From: Callorhinchus milii
Lineage: Eukaryota
DNA: 64,000 nucleotides
Direction: 5' to 3'
NCBI RefSeq assembly: GCF_018977255.1
Contig: NW_024704742.1
Location: 121,646,001-121,710,000 of the forward strand
Shown: in pieces, positions 49,766 to 64,000 of the stretch
Position numbering within the stretch: position 1 is the first letter of the stretch
Layout of the letters: every line of letters starts with the position of its first letter
Made by a program: the position numbers and the translations under genes
The notes under the pieces: model-generated
The model's database searches: none
What the model saw: the letters and a program-made list of their open reading frames with translations, nothing else
What the model was told of the DNA's origin: nothing

Positions 49766-51810
49766 GGCATGAACAACCCAGCCACTGTTACAATGCCAGT
49801 TTCTTTTCTTCAAGTTATTAATGAGTAATGATTAATCAGACTGTTCTTCATTGTGATTTGTGACGACCTTCATGAAAACAAATAAATTCTAAACGCAATA
49901 ACAATACTGGTCTGAGTTTTCAAAAAAATTAAATCTGTGCCTGTTTCCCCTTTCTCGTCTCCTCAAGTCATTTCTCCATATATACTGGAAGCACTTTCTG
50001 TGCTTGATGATCAGTTTAAACTATTCGAGGTGGAGTGATATTCCTGTATGACGACAAAATAAAATAAAGGAAGGGGCTGTCATGCTCAAGCTAGCCTGAC
50101 TGACTTTCAGAATACATAACTGAGCCAGTGGAAAGTGGACAATTTTAGCTCATTTTAAAGAAGATGGGCCAAAATGGAGAATAAACTGGAGGTATAATTG
50201 AAGAAAAATTGCCCTTGCTTAAACCAAACTTTTCAGGTAGAGCAGACATTGTGGAGAACTATTCCAGAAGTAATTGTCTGTGAGTTGTCAAGGTCATTGG
50301 AGTGAGAGATGCTGTACAGTATAATTTAGTGTAAAAAGTGCAGTCGAAGTTATTGGACTCACCACATCAATGTGGCTGATACACATGACTTCACTGTATG
50401 GTACTCTGGAATAACTCACAAACTCCAGCTACTTTATGAATAAAGTGGTTACCTGAAAATTTGGCATGAAGAATAACTGCGTAATGTACAGGATTGAGAC
50501 AGAGATACTCCACTGTACACATTTGAATCTCACTTGGTTCTGTAAAATGAGGTGCTTTGCAGCAGTTTATATTTCTGAGATCTGTAAAAAGATTTAGAAA
50601 CACATAAGATGATATTGTAAAGAAGAAGTGTTTGGAAGCTGTCTCTGGACATTGTGATTTGGGTAAGAATCCTACCTTCTACTTTCTGTCTTGTGCAGAG
50701 ACACTGCCATAGAGTCATAGAGTCTACATGAATGGTCCTCTTTGTGCTTCTAAAGACAAAAGGATGCATTAGTACTTCATAGAAAAAAATGTGGCAACAA
50801 GTTTGACATAAGTGGATTCCCGCGTTCAATCATAGCTAATCAAACTCTCGTGGCCTGTGCTAATCTGGAAGATTTAGCTCACAACAGAAAAAGATACATT
50901 GAATACATTATAATGGATATGGAAGCTGCTCACGATACACAGGACTGCCGATACATTGAGGTATAGTATTGTGGTAAGGATAGCAGTTAATGGTGTGTGT
51001 TTAATATGCGTTGATTTCTAAAAAGGAAACTGGAACTATGTCACGCTATGACAGAAGCTGCTAAAGACAATCTGCTGCCCCAGGCAAAATCAGTGTACCC
51101 ACCCTCCCCCCACCCCTTTAGATGTTCTATAGCTTTAAATTTACTTTAAAATCTCTCCAGGCTGCTGCTGGCACTACATGCTGCCCATTTCAATTTCGTC
51201 GGTTGAGCATTTAAAAAAAATTGCTTCTCTCAGAAATCTGCCGTCCTAGGCTGCAGGCTGAAAGCTGCTGAATTTGCCTATAGCTACAGCTGATTTGCGG
51301 AACTCTGCTCTGATAGCAATCTACCTTGAAGAAGTCTGGGGGGAGGTGGCAATTGTTTTTAGTCAGACAGGTGTCTGACATTTGCAGGAACCCATCACCA
51401 CGCATAAGAATATCTAACCCAGACTGTGAGTTCCACTGATGTATGCGCGGAGGGCGTTATATAAGTGCAAGTTGTTGCTGTTGTTGTATGCCACTCACAC
51501 GTGGAATGGAATGTGCACTCTCTCTGGAGGAACGTACCCTGCGCATTTAACTCCAGAGAGTATTAGGCACAGGTTAACAAGAGCCATGGATGCCGATAAG
51601 CCAGGCTGGCTGGTCTGTCACCAGCAGTGCCCTGGAGCGCTGTGGACTGGTGTGGCTCGGGAATCAAGATTGCCACAGAGGGTTGACTCGATTGTGACGT
51701 TACGTTTTCAAGCATGTCACCTTGGAGCCAACTCAGCTCTCTCTCCTACCACATCCCAAGGAAGTAAGACATGCCAGCATCCCACTGCTTACTGAAAGAA
51801 TCCCCACCTT

Positions 51811-52490
51811 ACAACAACAACAACAAGATTCCATTTATGGAGCGACTTTCATGTCGGGAGGACGTCCCAAAGCGCTGGATAGTTGGGTCAGGACCCAAGC
51901 AGGGGGGAAATGGTCAGGGTGAGGGGAGGGAAGGGAGGGAGCGAGGAGGGGGTAGAGAGTTGAGAGGGGAACTGAAGACACGGTCAAAGAGAAAGGTCTT
52001 GAGACCGGCCTTGAAGGAGGAAAGGGAGGAAGCGGCGAAGGCACTGGGGGATAGAGTTCCAGAGCCTCGGGGCTGAGAGGCTGAAGGCCCGGCCACCGAT
52101 GGGAGGGCGGTTGGGGCGGGGATGTGGAGCAGACCGGAGCCAGAGGAACGGAGGGTACGGGCAGGTAGGTAGGGGGATAGTAGGTCGGAGAGGTAGGAGG
52201 GAGCAAGGCCGTGAATGGCCTTGTAGGTGAGGATGAGGATCTTGAATTTGATCCTCTGGGGGATGGGGAGCCAGTGGAGGCGAGCGAGGGTGGGAGTGAT
52301 GTGGTCACGAAGCCTGGTGCGGGACAGTACACGAGCTGCAGAGTTCTGAATGACCTGCAGCTTGTGGAGGGAGGTGCCGGGAAGGCCGGCGAGGAGAGAG
52401 TTCCTGTAGTCCAGCCTTGAGGTGATAAAGGCGTGGATCAGTGTTTCAGCAGCGCGAGGGGCGAGGTAGTGCCGTAGTCTGGCGATGTTT
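51811..52490 (-). mobile_element. L2 3' fragment (CpG-rich, relatively young)
   Basis: CAA-repeat tail on +; ORF2 C-terminal LHWLPIPQRIKFKIL on minus. Confidence 0.92.
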
Positions 52491-52676
52491 CAGATAAGTT
52501 TTGTTATTAAGAAATCTCATTGTGATATCTGCACATTGGATTCATTGTTAGGTGGTTTGAGCGGCCTTTGAATATTAATATGATTGAAATGCATATGGTG
52601 TCCCAAAGTGGATTGTTATCACTGGAGGCTGAAATAAGAGATGTAACCCTAGATATTTTAGGAGGAAGTTTAACTT

Positions 52677-52988
52677 GTGGAGTCCTGTAGCTCAATGGTT
52701 AGAGCAGTCTCCTCGCAAGCGAGAGATCTGGGTTTGTTTCCCGGCAGGATGAAACCTTGGGTAGGTTTCCTTAATCCAAGCACCTGATAATAATCCCTCA
52801 AGAAAAAAAATAATAATTTGATTGTTCAATCCACGACTGTTTGTGGGACACTGCTGTGTGCAATTAGCTGCCGCGTTTCACCCACAAATATACAGTCAAT
52901 TCGCTTTACAGTATATTCCATGAAGCGCTTTGAGATGTCGAGAAGATATGAAAAGCGCTATATCAAATGCAAGGATTATTATTATTAT
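52677..52988 (+). mobile_element. tRNA-Ala SINE (short variant)
   Basis: Family head, body and ATT tail. Confidence 0.9.
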
Positions 52989-54996
52989 GTATGTCTTTAA
53001 TCTGATTCAACGTGTACTTTGAATTTGTGCCATTGTAATTTATTTTACAGACTATAATAATAGTCATTAATTAGGCTCTAACACTGTTTACTATTAGCAC
53101 AAAAGAATAGTATGGTTATCATGATATGGTTATGAATGTAAGATGGAGGTTTTGCATGGCTTGTCTGTCTCTGAGAATCTGAGGGAAAAATTTGTTTAAT
53201 GGGGATTGTTGTAAATCAGAAAATGTTTCAGTAAAGTTAAATGTTCCGAGTATTACATCCTAGAATTTCATAAATTACATTGAAAAAAATGGACATTATT
53301 CGTGATACATTTTTTCATTATTGAATGAAATCTGTTGAAAGAGTTGACTAAATACATTTTTTTTTGAGAAACAGACATAGTGTTATGTTCCCTACAAAAA
53401 TATTAATTTCCTACAGCTCAATGGAATTCCCACAGGCATTAATCTTTGAGTGTTATGGTTGCATTGCTCCCAAAAGTGGAAATATAAAATAGCAATGATA
53501 CTGCACTTTTAGAATTTATAATTTTAGCTGCCTTTTTGGAATCTATAATTAACTTTGATAAGAATTACCAATGGAAACATAATTTTGCAATACATTGTTA
53601 TAAAGTTGACATATGTTGCTAGAGTAACTGTTTTGTTTTTGTCCATCAGTCTTAGGGAGATTGTTACCTTATTATTAGTTTGGAAATGAATTCCTAATAC
53701 TGGGCAGTGACACTCTACAGGGGCTGCCTGGATTGCTGAGCACGGAGTTAAGGAGAATGCAAGTTAGTTACATGCATTGACTGGCTCATTGACAATGCAA
53801 AATGATATAAAACGCTTCAATGCTTTAGTGGATGGCTTGACGGAAGTAGAGATCCACACCCCCACCTCACCACTCCACATTCTGTATGTTTTCGAGAAAG
53901 GTTACCATTTCATGCGAATCCCAGAACGTCAAATCAGCACACTATTTATTCCTACATTAAACTTTACAGTGCTGGAGTCTTTTACATTTACATTTACATC
54001 CACAACACTGGGCTTGCCTGCTGTTAACTGGATCAACAGTGGTTACTTTAATTTCATAACTTCTAATTCCTTCTAAAAACGTGCATCAGTGGTCTACGGT
54101 CGATGGCCCTATTTAGTGATTTAGGAGTCTAGTCTTTAAAGGCAGTCTTTTCTGTGATGCTTTTCCTCATGGCCATTGAAATGCTAATGCTTTTTTTTAT
54201 TGTGTGAGATTGTGTTCAACTATTCGGGGAAATTCCCCATGTTTTTCTACAGGGGCATAGCTCAGTGTCCCAAACATAATGGTTAGCTTTCTTTTTAATG
54301 TTCTGTTATTCTGAAACAAAATTTGCTTCTTACTCTCTTTTCTATGGAAGTGAATTGTAGGTATTACCACGCAGTAACATATTTGGTTACAAAAACGTAT
54401 TCAGATTTGATGGCGTGAATTATCACACATACAAAGAAGTTCTTTTCCGAAGGCTTTGTAATGTAAATAGCTGATGTCAAAAACAGTTTTGTAGATAAGC
54501 TAAGTGTGTTTCTTTCAGTTCCTCTATTTGTCAGAGCGTGGTAAACAAAAAAAATCGTCAAAGACCGTGGCAAATTGGATAGAGAGGCACTATTACATAT
54601 AGTACATTATCCCATGAATTTGTAATAATGTTGGGAATACATTGACTGCATCTACCATCCCTCATAATATTTTAATTATTTTATAAACGATCGATGATGA
54701 AAGAAATGACTAATACTGACCATTGAGGGAAATGTGACATTTGTTCCTTTTTTTGCCTGGTGACAAATCTACTTCTGTCAGTTCAGACAGCTTTGGTTTC
54801 AACATTGTGTAGCTATACTCCCAAGGGCATTAACCTCTTCCTAATCTTTTCACACTCTCATGAACAAAACCTTTGCTCTCATGAACAATTGTGCACCGAG
54901 CTGAAAATAAAATTGAACCAAACTGCTGGATTTATCCACATCTCAATAATTTTACTTCAGAAGAATTGACACTGCCTGGAAATTATTGCTGCCTTT

Positions 54997-55430
54997 CACA
55001 ACAACAACAACAAAATTACATTTGTATAGCGCTTTTCATGTTGGGAGGATGTCCGAAGGCGCTGGACAGTCAGTGTTTTGGACTCAAGCTGGGGGTCAGG
55101 TTTGGGGAGGGTGGAGGGCAGGGAGGGAAGCAGGATGATCAAAAGCACGGTTGAAGAGGAGGGTCTTGAGATGGGTCTTGAATGAGGCAAGGGAGGGGGC
55201 AAGGCAGAGGGACTGCGGGGTGGAGTTCCAGAGGTGGGGTCAGAGTGGCAGAAGGTCTGCCTGCCAATGGTGGGGCAGGCGAGGTGGGTGACGTGAAGCA
55301 GCCCGGCCCCCGCTGAGCAGAGGGAGTGGGCAGATTGGTAGTGGATTAGGTGGTTGCAGAGGTAGGGGGGAGCAAGGCCATGGAGGGCTTTGAAGGTGAG
55401 GACCAGGATCTTGAACTGTATCCTCTGTGT
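54997..55430 (-). mobile_element. L2 3' fragment
   Basis: [23 protein letters not shown] on minus; CAA-repeat tail on +. Confidence 0.92.
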
Positions 55431-57214
55431 GGATGAGGTGTGTCCCTGGCTAAATTTACCCTGTCTTGAGTTCAGCAACAAACTCAGCTAGAACAATAAC
55501 ATTCTAAAGCAGATACACTCATCAGAGAAATACAACCATGAAACCAACAAGCTTCTCCAATAATTGCCAGCATCAGGAATTGTGGTGTGTTCAGTATCTT
55601 TTTATATACGTGTCCCCAGATTTGGTTTACAGAATATGATCACCCTAATATTGGTCAATCAAAGAAAAAATTATAGGTTTCACTTGGGTGGAAAACCAAG
55701 CAAGACCAATAAGTTGTTGTCATGCCCTAAGCACCAGCCATTCCTCCAACTACCTTGAAACATTGTTACATCCTAAAGTATTTCTAAAACATTCTTTAGC
55801 GCTGATTCCCTTCTAATTTCACCTGCAACAGTTACTCCCCTCAAATGCTGCCTGAAGTGTTGGGAGTTCTGTGCTCCAAAGCTTCTCTGAGTAATATTTA
55901 TATTGAGCCTGAAAAGAAGCATCTTCAAGTTTCTTTTAGTTTACGTTTCTCAAACAGTGCTTCTTGCCAGTGTGAAAGGCGAAAAATAGGTTCACAATAA
56001 TCTGCTTCTGTTATGCAACATTCCTGCGTCTTAAAAGAAATCCCCACTTCCTATTGGTGCATTCCTTCTGTTGCTCCTTGCCATATCCTTGAGTAATCCT
56101 CTTGCTTTGTGTTGCCTGCAAAGATCTTAACAAGTTCCTTCTGGAATTCTGTAGCCATGTGCGTCACTATAAAAGACGCGTGGTAACAAGCCTTGAATTG
56201 AGCACAGGTATTCATTCACATGAAATGGATAACTATTTGATTATGCAGAGAGAAGGCTTTTGTTGAGAAGTCGGATCCGTTGCACGTGGGAAAAGCATTA
56301 GAAGATCCATTGTATTAAATTCAACCCTGGATGGAAGTAGTTGTGTCAACTTGTACCAGACCAGGATTGAATGTACAAAAATCACATGAATTTCACCGAT
56401 GGGTCAGTGGATAAATGTCATGTGATATCGAAACCTCAGGGCAAATTGTTTTTCATCTATTTCATATTAACTCAGGTGGTACATTTCTATTGCATATTTG
56501 GCAATAACCCCACTTTCTTGGTAGCGATTCTCAGGAGCCTGACACTGTCTGGAGGAGAGTGAGGAGGTTTGTGGAGTGAAGTGATTCATCCCCATGTACT
56601 AAAATCTCCTGTTCACCTTTCAGAGCTTTTGTGTCATTTGTTCAAGGCCTGTGAACTTTCAACAGTGACTTATAAATAAAGAGTAATAAAGAGCCACTTA
56701 TGCACAGAGATTCTGTGAATGACAGATTATGATAATTCTAGTATTACAATAACAATATCACTCATAGCGCACAGCTTTATTACTGTAATATAATCCTTAA
56801 ACTATCGTAAATATTACTTTTATACTGCCTAATTTAATGCAACAATAACAACAACAACTTGTATTTATATAGCTCCCTTCATGCAGGATAGCGTCTCAGA
56901 ACCATTTGATCTTTTCTTGGTATCTTTTCTTCTCTTGGTATCCTGTTCAACAAATCCCCCAAATAAAATCGATCATTCACTTCTTGGCTGCTTGCGGGGC
57001 ATTGCTGTGCTCAAATTGGCAGCCGTGTTCACCTACAAAATACAATCACTACATTTTCCAGTAATTTCTGTGAAACACTTTGAGACGTACGTACCAATGA
57101 CATGATATATCAAACGCAAGGATTATTTTTTGTTAAAATGTAGCAGTCACGAAAGTCCATCATTGATGTGGAAAAATAAAGCAGAAACCTGGAAGTTTTG
57201 TTGTCCAGGAGCAT

Positions 57215-57400
57215 AATAATAAATTGGTTACTCAATCCTTGATTGTTTGCAGGACACTGATGTGGACAATTGGCTGCCACGTCTCGCCCACAAAATATAC
57301 AGCCAATTCATTTCACAGTGTATTCTGTGAAGCACTTCAAGATGTCTCGAAGACGTGATAAGGCGCTATATCAAATGCAAAGATTATTATTATTATTATT
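57215..57400 (+). mobile_element. 5'-truncated tRNA-Ala SINE (3' half)
   Basis: Family body and ATT tail; older fragments at ~56950-57130 and ~58500-58635. Confidence 0.8.
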
Positions 57401-60400
57401 GAAGTTCATTGTGGTTTTGAGAATGTTCCAGCCAGTAAATTCCACTGTTTCATTAGGAGTTAAAATCTAGAGCATTTGGCAAAGGATTTGATGGCAGGTT
57501 AGAAACCTCAGTTGACTACATAAATCTCTCTAATGTTCACCTAGAATTTTATTGACAATATCTAATTGTCAGATTGAATTCTTCTGCAAAAGAAACGTGT
57601 AATTGGCAGGTGTCGTGTCAGTTTTCATTTAGAAGATTGTACGCAAGGTTACAAACTCGCCTAGAGCTGTAGAAGATGACTGGACTTATCCAACCATTCC
57701 TTTTGAGGGCAACAATGTTGATAGGATTTTCCAACCGCTCAGTCAGTGATGGACAATGTTCCTTTGAGGATGTGAAATCTGTCTTCATGATGAGAAGTGC
57801 TTGTCAGTGTGTTCTGACAAACAGGACATGTTTCACGCAAGGGAGCGTGTTGAATCAAGCGCACTGCCTCCCTTGTGTGCTTTAAAGGATTAGATTGATT
57901 CTCTGTTAATGGAGGCCTGTTTGAGAATATATATACTCAACAGACCATTAGAAAGAAAGATTTTTTTTTAATAATGCCCTATGTCAAGACGTATCAAAGT
58001 GCTTGACGGTATTTACATCAAGTGTAGTGATATGTGCTGTAGGTGTGATTGGTTTGGATTGCAACAAGGATTGCTTTAAAAGGAATGGGCCAGTGGTAGC
58101 GGTGAATTGCCTCTCAAAAGTGCTCAGGATTGTCAGGTAATAGGGGGGGATTCGTGAGGGAGGCATTTGTGAGGGCGCTGATTCATGGGGGATAGTGGCA
58201 AAAAGCATAAAACATCCGCGTGTTTAAAACTTTTTCGGGCTTAAATTGAACTTCTAAATGGTAAGCATCGGGATCCATTCACTGGAGCACTTGAGAAATT
58301 TCCTGATTTCTCATATACTCAATCTGCAGTTGTCAGGCTGGTTGGAAGAAAGGGTCACCATCAGCTCTCTCCAGTTCAATTGTTCCAGTGGAAGGTAATT
58401 AATTGTAAATGGCAAACTCTACAAGTACCCCTATAAATCTCAGGTTGACTCTCTGGAACTCCATTTTAGATACTGGCCTCCTCCCCAGAATGTTCTTTGG
58501 ACAAAATTTGGCCAAGTTTGTCTACAAATGCACAGTCACTACACTGTACATCCAGTGAAGTAAAACCTGTGAAGCCTTTTGAGACGTCCCCCTAGTGTGA
58601 CTGGTTCTATATCGAAATGCACGGGTTATAATAATCCGTCTTCAGGGAAGTTGAAAGTCGGGACTGCGTCTGAGAGGAGTTCTACTGGTTACATCTGGAT
58701 TCCTTGAGGATTTGACTGCTTATAAACAAATTTGGGCCAGATTATGGAAAGTTTGATGCCGTGAACCCACACTTTCTCTACAGAACTGAGGCTAGGGAAA
58801 TATCAGCCTAAAGACATCCTCTCACACACCCACCAACTGATTCACAACTGAGAGAAGGTCATCTAAATGCTCTGTCATCCACAGCTGGTGTGTACACTGG
58901 GAAGCCACAGGAGAGGGCAAAAATGGACTGAGTCATCCTGAAATTTAAAAATAAGTAAAAATAAAAAGTGTTAAAAGAAAAGCAGGGTTGATCATACGTC
59001 AAAGCATGAATTTAACAAAAGGCACACTATATTATTGCAAAATGGATTTGAGTCCTGCAAAGCCTTTACAAATTTTGCTATTTAATGCCTGTTTTCATTT
59101 AGTTATTTGCAGCACCCCTATGAGGATTTAGAGTATGGTTCAATCTAAATACATGGATCATTTTTCTCTATCTTTGGACTAGTGGCAACCTGTAATAACA
59201 TTAGATTACATGTCATGTGGGCAGGAAGTAATTGCTTAACCATAGGGCACCTAGCATCACTGTACAATTACTATCATGTGTCAACCTCTAAATACATGGT
59301 AGGAAGTATGATCAGTGCCGTTCTTATTTTTTTAAACTTATTTTTACATTGCAGGATGACTCACTCTATTTGTCATCCTATCCTGTGGCTTCCCAATGTA
59401 CACACCAATTGTGGATGACAGGGAGATTGGATGACCTTTTCTCAGCTGTGAGCCTGTTGTTAGGATGTGTGAGAGGATGCCATGGGAGTGATATTTCCCT
59501 TCTTCACGTAGCCTCGGTTGTATGGTTCATGGAATAATAATTCCCACAGTCTAGTGCAGATTGGTTTCAGTTTGACAACTGCACTGAGGCCACTATGATG
59601 GTTAATGTGGAAACAGAAATCTCACTCTGATTAAGAAGTGCTACTCTTTAGTATTTATTGTAGACTAACCAAACTTGTAGCATTTCAGGACAGATTCAAT
59701 CACAATGGGATAAAACATCCACCCTAATTTCATCCCATTGATTGCAAAATATAGAACCATAGGAACTTACATCATAGAAGAAGGACACTCGGCCCATTGT
59801 GGCTGTGCCGGTTTCTTTAAGAGCAATCCTTTCAGACCCATTTACCTGTCCAACCCCTGTAGCTGACTCCTTTTTAGGGATTTATCTGGTTTCCTTCTGG
59901 AAGGTAAAATTGTTTCAGTCCTGGTTTAGCAATAACTTTCCTCACCTTCATAAAAACAAAGCATTCCCCCACAATCAACTCCTCTTCTGCACCCTCCACC
60001 CCACCCCCGCGCCCCCTAAAAAAGAACTAGTTTGAAATATTAGGTCCACGTAAATGCAATTACAGCGGTTTTCCATCATGAGTTACACAGTTAAAAGACT
60101 AAGGTTTAAACGATGTGCACAATAATGTTGAGGTGATGTTGGGAGAAACAGCAGCAGCAACAGCAGCTGTGATTGCAGTGGCAGTAGCATGAATGCACCA
60201 GCATTGGGAGCTGCCCAAGACTGTGCAGTGTTGGAGATAAAAAAGAACAAGGATGAGCCGGGGATTGTGAGAACGGAAGGGACGAGAAGAGACCGATAGT
60301 GGAGAAATTAAAAGAAAGAGAAGACCAAAAAAAGGGGAAAATGTGATTAATTTTAAATATTCAATTTAAAAAAAATTAGTTGTCCCAGTCTATAGGCTCG

Positions 60401-61572
60401 CTATAATTTCACTTGCATCCTAAGCAGCTGACAGGATGTTTGATTACTGCAGAGCCATATGGTCAATGTCAGTTTTTATTCTCCCTGAGGTAGGTAAAAA
60501 GCTCTGGCTGAGACCTGACAAAACTCATTGTATGTATTGCTGACAGATTCGAGCAGGCACATGTAGATGCACTTCTCACATATACTGCGATTGTAAAACA
60601 GTAAAGAAACATTCATACCTAAATATATTGTTGACCTTGTGCATTTTGTTAAGACATTCAAAGGCACCGGTCTGCTGAAAACTATTTACAATGTAAATAT
60701 TTTTCACCGTTGCTTCTCAAATTATATTTCAGCGAGATTATCGAGGAATTTAAAGACCATCCTCATTACACAAAAAAGTTTAGACTTTAAGTAGTTAAAA
60801 GCACGACTTGATGAAATAGTTTCTGCAAATGGCATTTCTGAAATATACATACCTTTTTTACATTAAAAAAGGACATGAATGAGCTTATTCAAAATTATCG
60901 CTTGGTTATATGATTTAAAATAATTGGTTAAGATTTAGTTTCTTAGGGTAATTTTACAATTTGCTGTGTCGGGATTCAGTGATTCACTGTTATTTGTGAT
61001 TTGCCTGATCACATGTGACCTGTAAACATGTCAAGCCAAATGAGATGATAAATAATCCTGCGATTATTCTACACATTACTCAGGCCTCTACTGTACTGTA
61101 GCTTCCAAGGTGCTTTTTGGAATTTCAGAAATATTTGTTCAAAATAACCTTGCGATGTCGTCAATATTGTACATGTTTTTATTCCAACCCACAATTCCTC
61201 TTCAGAGGGAAAAGGATAGCTTTCCCCAATGACTGCAAAGCTCAGATTTATAGCATGTATATGCGTGTGAATCATTTCAAGTCACTGATTGCATTAAAGG
61301 GGTTATAAATTGCTCATGTGTTATATTCTACTCTAATAGCAGCTGACCTCATTGATGGTTTTAGTACCTTGTAATCACTGCTAGGTATCCATTATTCTCA
61401 GTTGAATGTTTGGCTTTTGGCTTAATACTGTACAATTTCAAGTCTTCAAAGGCTCAGAAGTGGCCATTCATAATTTGTTACAATTTATAATAATTTTCAG
61501 TAATGCACTAATTATAGGGGAAGAAATAGCAAAAATACAGGCGGAGCACTGAATGGTACATAAGTACATGTA

Positions 61573-61905
61573 CAGGATGTCCACAAAGTCATCTTATCCC
61601 CTGTTACAAAACAGCGATATGAGACTAAGGAGGAGCTGAAACAAGGTTTCAGAGATGCATTTCACCTTGTTACTCTATCATGTTACGGAAGATGTCACAC
61701 TGAACATGGTGATGGATCATTATCTGCCATGAAAACGATGGCGCTCACACTGATCCTCTGTCCATCTAAATACAGCTAAACACTTGTATTGAATACATTT
61801 AAGTGCTTCTTAATACAATTATCATCGTTCTTCCATATGTTTCAGTTATTGGTCAGTGCTCTGTAGCAAAAAACATGGAGGTAACAGGACTTTGTGGACA
61901 ACCTG
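61573..61905 (+). mobile_element. Tc1/mariner-superfamily deletion derivative (MITE) with transposase C-terminal remnant
   Basis: TA TSDs at 61571-61572 and 61906-61907. TIRs caggatgtccacaaagtc and gactttgtggacaacctg match at 17/18. Internal ETKEELKQGFRDAF...CHENDGAHTDPL. Confidence 0.88.
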
Positions 61906-63069
61906 TAGAAAGCTAAATAAACAGGTAGTCAGAAAACTGTACTGTTAAATCAAATGCTTCTCTGTATTGCAAATGTATTGAAGTCTAATTTACAGTATTT
62001 CATAAAAGATTTCTTATTAATAAATGTCTAACTTTCTTGAACATTAAATGTTCTGAAAATGCGGTTTCACATTTTTTTGAGACTGTGATAGTTCTAAGGA
62101 AAAATCACATAAAAAATACCACAATTCATACCACAAGTTATACTACAGTGTATTCTTAGTCTTCTGTTCCTCACTCACTTTACAGGCAATTAAAATCCAG
62201 GCTTGGCATTATCTAACCATGTTAGGTTCCTGTGGTGATGGTTTTAACCTTGGCTATGGGTGCACTATCTCTTAGTCTTTCACCCAGGTTCACATTAATA
62301 CAAAAACACATGAAGAAATGGGCCAGATTTTGATGAAAATTATATCTTCTTTTTATTACATCAGGATCAGGGAAGAATAAAGACAAGTATACTTAAATGG
62401 TCTTGTACCAAATATTATTAGCAGAAATATTAAAGTCCAATTTTTAACAAGCGCTCCAAGATGCTATCCGGCATGAAGGGCAATATTTAAATGCAAGTTG
62501 TTGTAGTTTTGGCTGTTCAGTGACCTATTAATGGCGATGATGTTGGGTTTGGGGCATTCCAATTAACAGTAGCAAGTTAAGTCTGTGTTCCTCGTGAATT
62601 CAAAATGTTTCTTTCAATTGTTCATCTCAATTGGCTGTTTGTTGAATATTGCTGTGGGCAAATCGGCAGACACATTTACCTACAAAATACAGATGGATTA
62701 TTTTTATCTGGCAGTTCATGCTCTGTCATGAGGTTTCAGAGTGTCTAATATGTTGCAATCTATTGATCTGTTGTTTTGTCATTGGAACGGGTAAGTTCCC
62801 ATTATAAAAATATAGTGAAACATGTCAGACCGCTTTGTGCCATTTTATTCCTTTTGGGAGAACGCTACAACTTAAGGGTTAAGGATCTTGTTAGAATTAG
62901 TCCTGGTTGAGCTTGGGTTTGGTTAGAGCTCATGTCTATCATGCACCCAGATTATACTGAAAGCCAGCTACATCTGATTTCTGGCACAAGCCAGCTTTTT
63001 ACATTAAAAAAGTTTGACTTCTGGGTTGTCAGGTCAATTCCTGAGTTGCATGCATGTGCACTGGGCAAG

Positions 63070-63415
63070 AACAACAACAACAACAACACAATCACATTTG
63101 TATAGCGCCTTTCATGTCGGGAGGATGTTCCAAGGCGCTGGACAGTCAAAGTTTTGGACCCGAGCTGGGGTTTGGGATTGGGGAGGGTAGAGGGCAGGGG
63201 GGAAGCAGGGAGGTCGAAGAGGAGGGTCTTGAGATGGGTCTTGAAGGAGGTGAGGGAGAGGGTGAGGCGGAGGGACTGCGGGAGTTCCAGAGGGTGGAGA
63301 CAGAGTGGCAGAAGGCCCACCCGCTAATGGCGGGGCGAGTGAGATGGGGAATATGAAGTAGGCCGGAGTCTGCTGAATGGAGGGAGGGGGCAGGATGCTA
63401 GGTGTTAGTGATGTC
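63070..63415 (-). mobile_element. L2 3' fragment
   Basis: CAA-repeat tail on + and the same L2 3' UTR as the other copies. Confidence 0.9.
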
Positions 63416-64000
63416 ACTCCCTATGTAGTATGCACAGAAAATGCTTCTAATGTCACTTCCTGGGTATCAGGGGTGCCTCCTACCAAAGTGAAAACAATTT
63501 AGCAAAAGTTCGTCCCATTAACTTGTTTTTTCTAAATCAAATTCTTACTGTTTTTTGCGTATCCACATGGGTTCCTTTTCATGTATGTCAAAAGTTCACT
63601 CAAGTAGTTTTGTGTGAATGTATTTGTACTTGCAGGTATATCTGTAATATTCTGCTTTACCTGATTACATAATTGGAAAATGAACCAGGGAAAATGGAAA
63701 GGAAAGGGTGTCCATCAGCAAAGGTGGAAAGAAAAAGGATTTGTAATAATTATTGATTAATCATTTGAAAGTTTCAAGCCTCGTGAAGCTGTTAGAAAAG
63801 GTAATTGGGGCACATCTCAAGGGCATTTGTAAAATGCAAGTTACTCTAACCTTGTATAGCTTATTGGCAGAGCTTCATTTGGAATAATGGGGGGAAAGTT
63901 GTGACCTGCGATCTGTTCATATCTTATCCCCGTGATAAGAATCCCATTGTTGATAAATGTGCTCAAGAAGGCTAGTTGATCTCTAATGACTGGCTGTGGG

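Noticed and set aside
54693..54730. PDE4D7 start-codon exon (atgaaagaaat...)
   Set aside because: The frame hits TGA within about ten codons, does not give the expected MKRNTCD-like peptide and has no suitable splice sites.
60148..60190. PolyQ coding tract
   Set aside because: A short CAG-like run with no ORF or splice context.

Overview
Vertebrate genomic DNA. The repeat content (DeuSINE-type tRNA SINEs, abundant L2 and CR1 LINEs) suggests a cartilaginous fish, probably a chimaera; this is an inference. Bases 726-14339 (+) hold the last ten coding exons of DEPDC1B, all with GT-AG junctions and a continuous reading frame; the 5' exons lie outside the window. One of these is a 1134-nt frame-preserving cassette exon (10017-11150) resembling the large alternatively spliced exon of the paralogue DEPDC1A, which I recall human DEPDC1B lacking. 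Downstream is a repeat-rich interval, then a probable non-coding first exon of PDE4D (PDE4D7-like, ~44000-44170), so the rest is probably PDE4D intron. Notable mobile DNA: a near full-length decayed L2 beside that promoter, a 5'-inverted L2, a non-autonomous Helitron with 23-aa STPR-like repeats, a U2 snRNA 5' fragment fused to foreign sequence (Keno-like), Tc1/mariner, Tigger-like and hAT-like MITEs, nested SINE/LINE insertions and an unclassified repeat family. Comparisons with known genes and repeats are from memory, not from database searches. Most short ORFs in the supplied track are spurious or repeat-derived. No CRISPR or prokaryote-type system is present.
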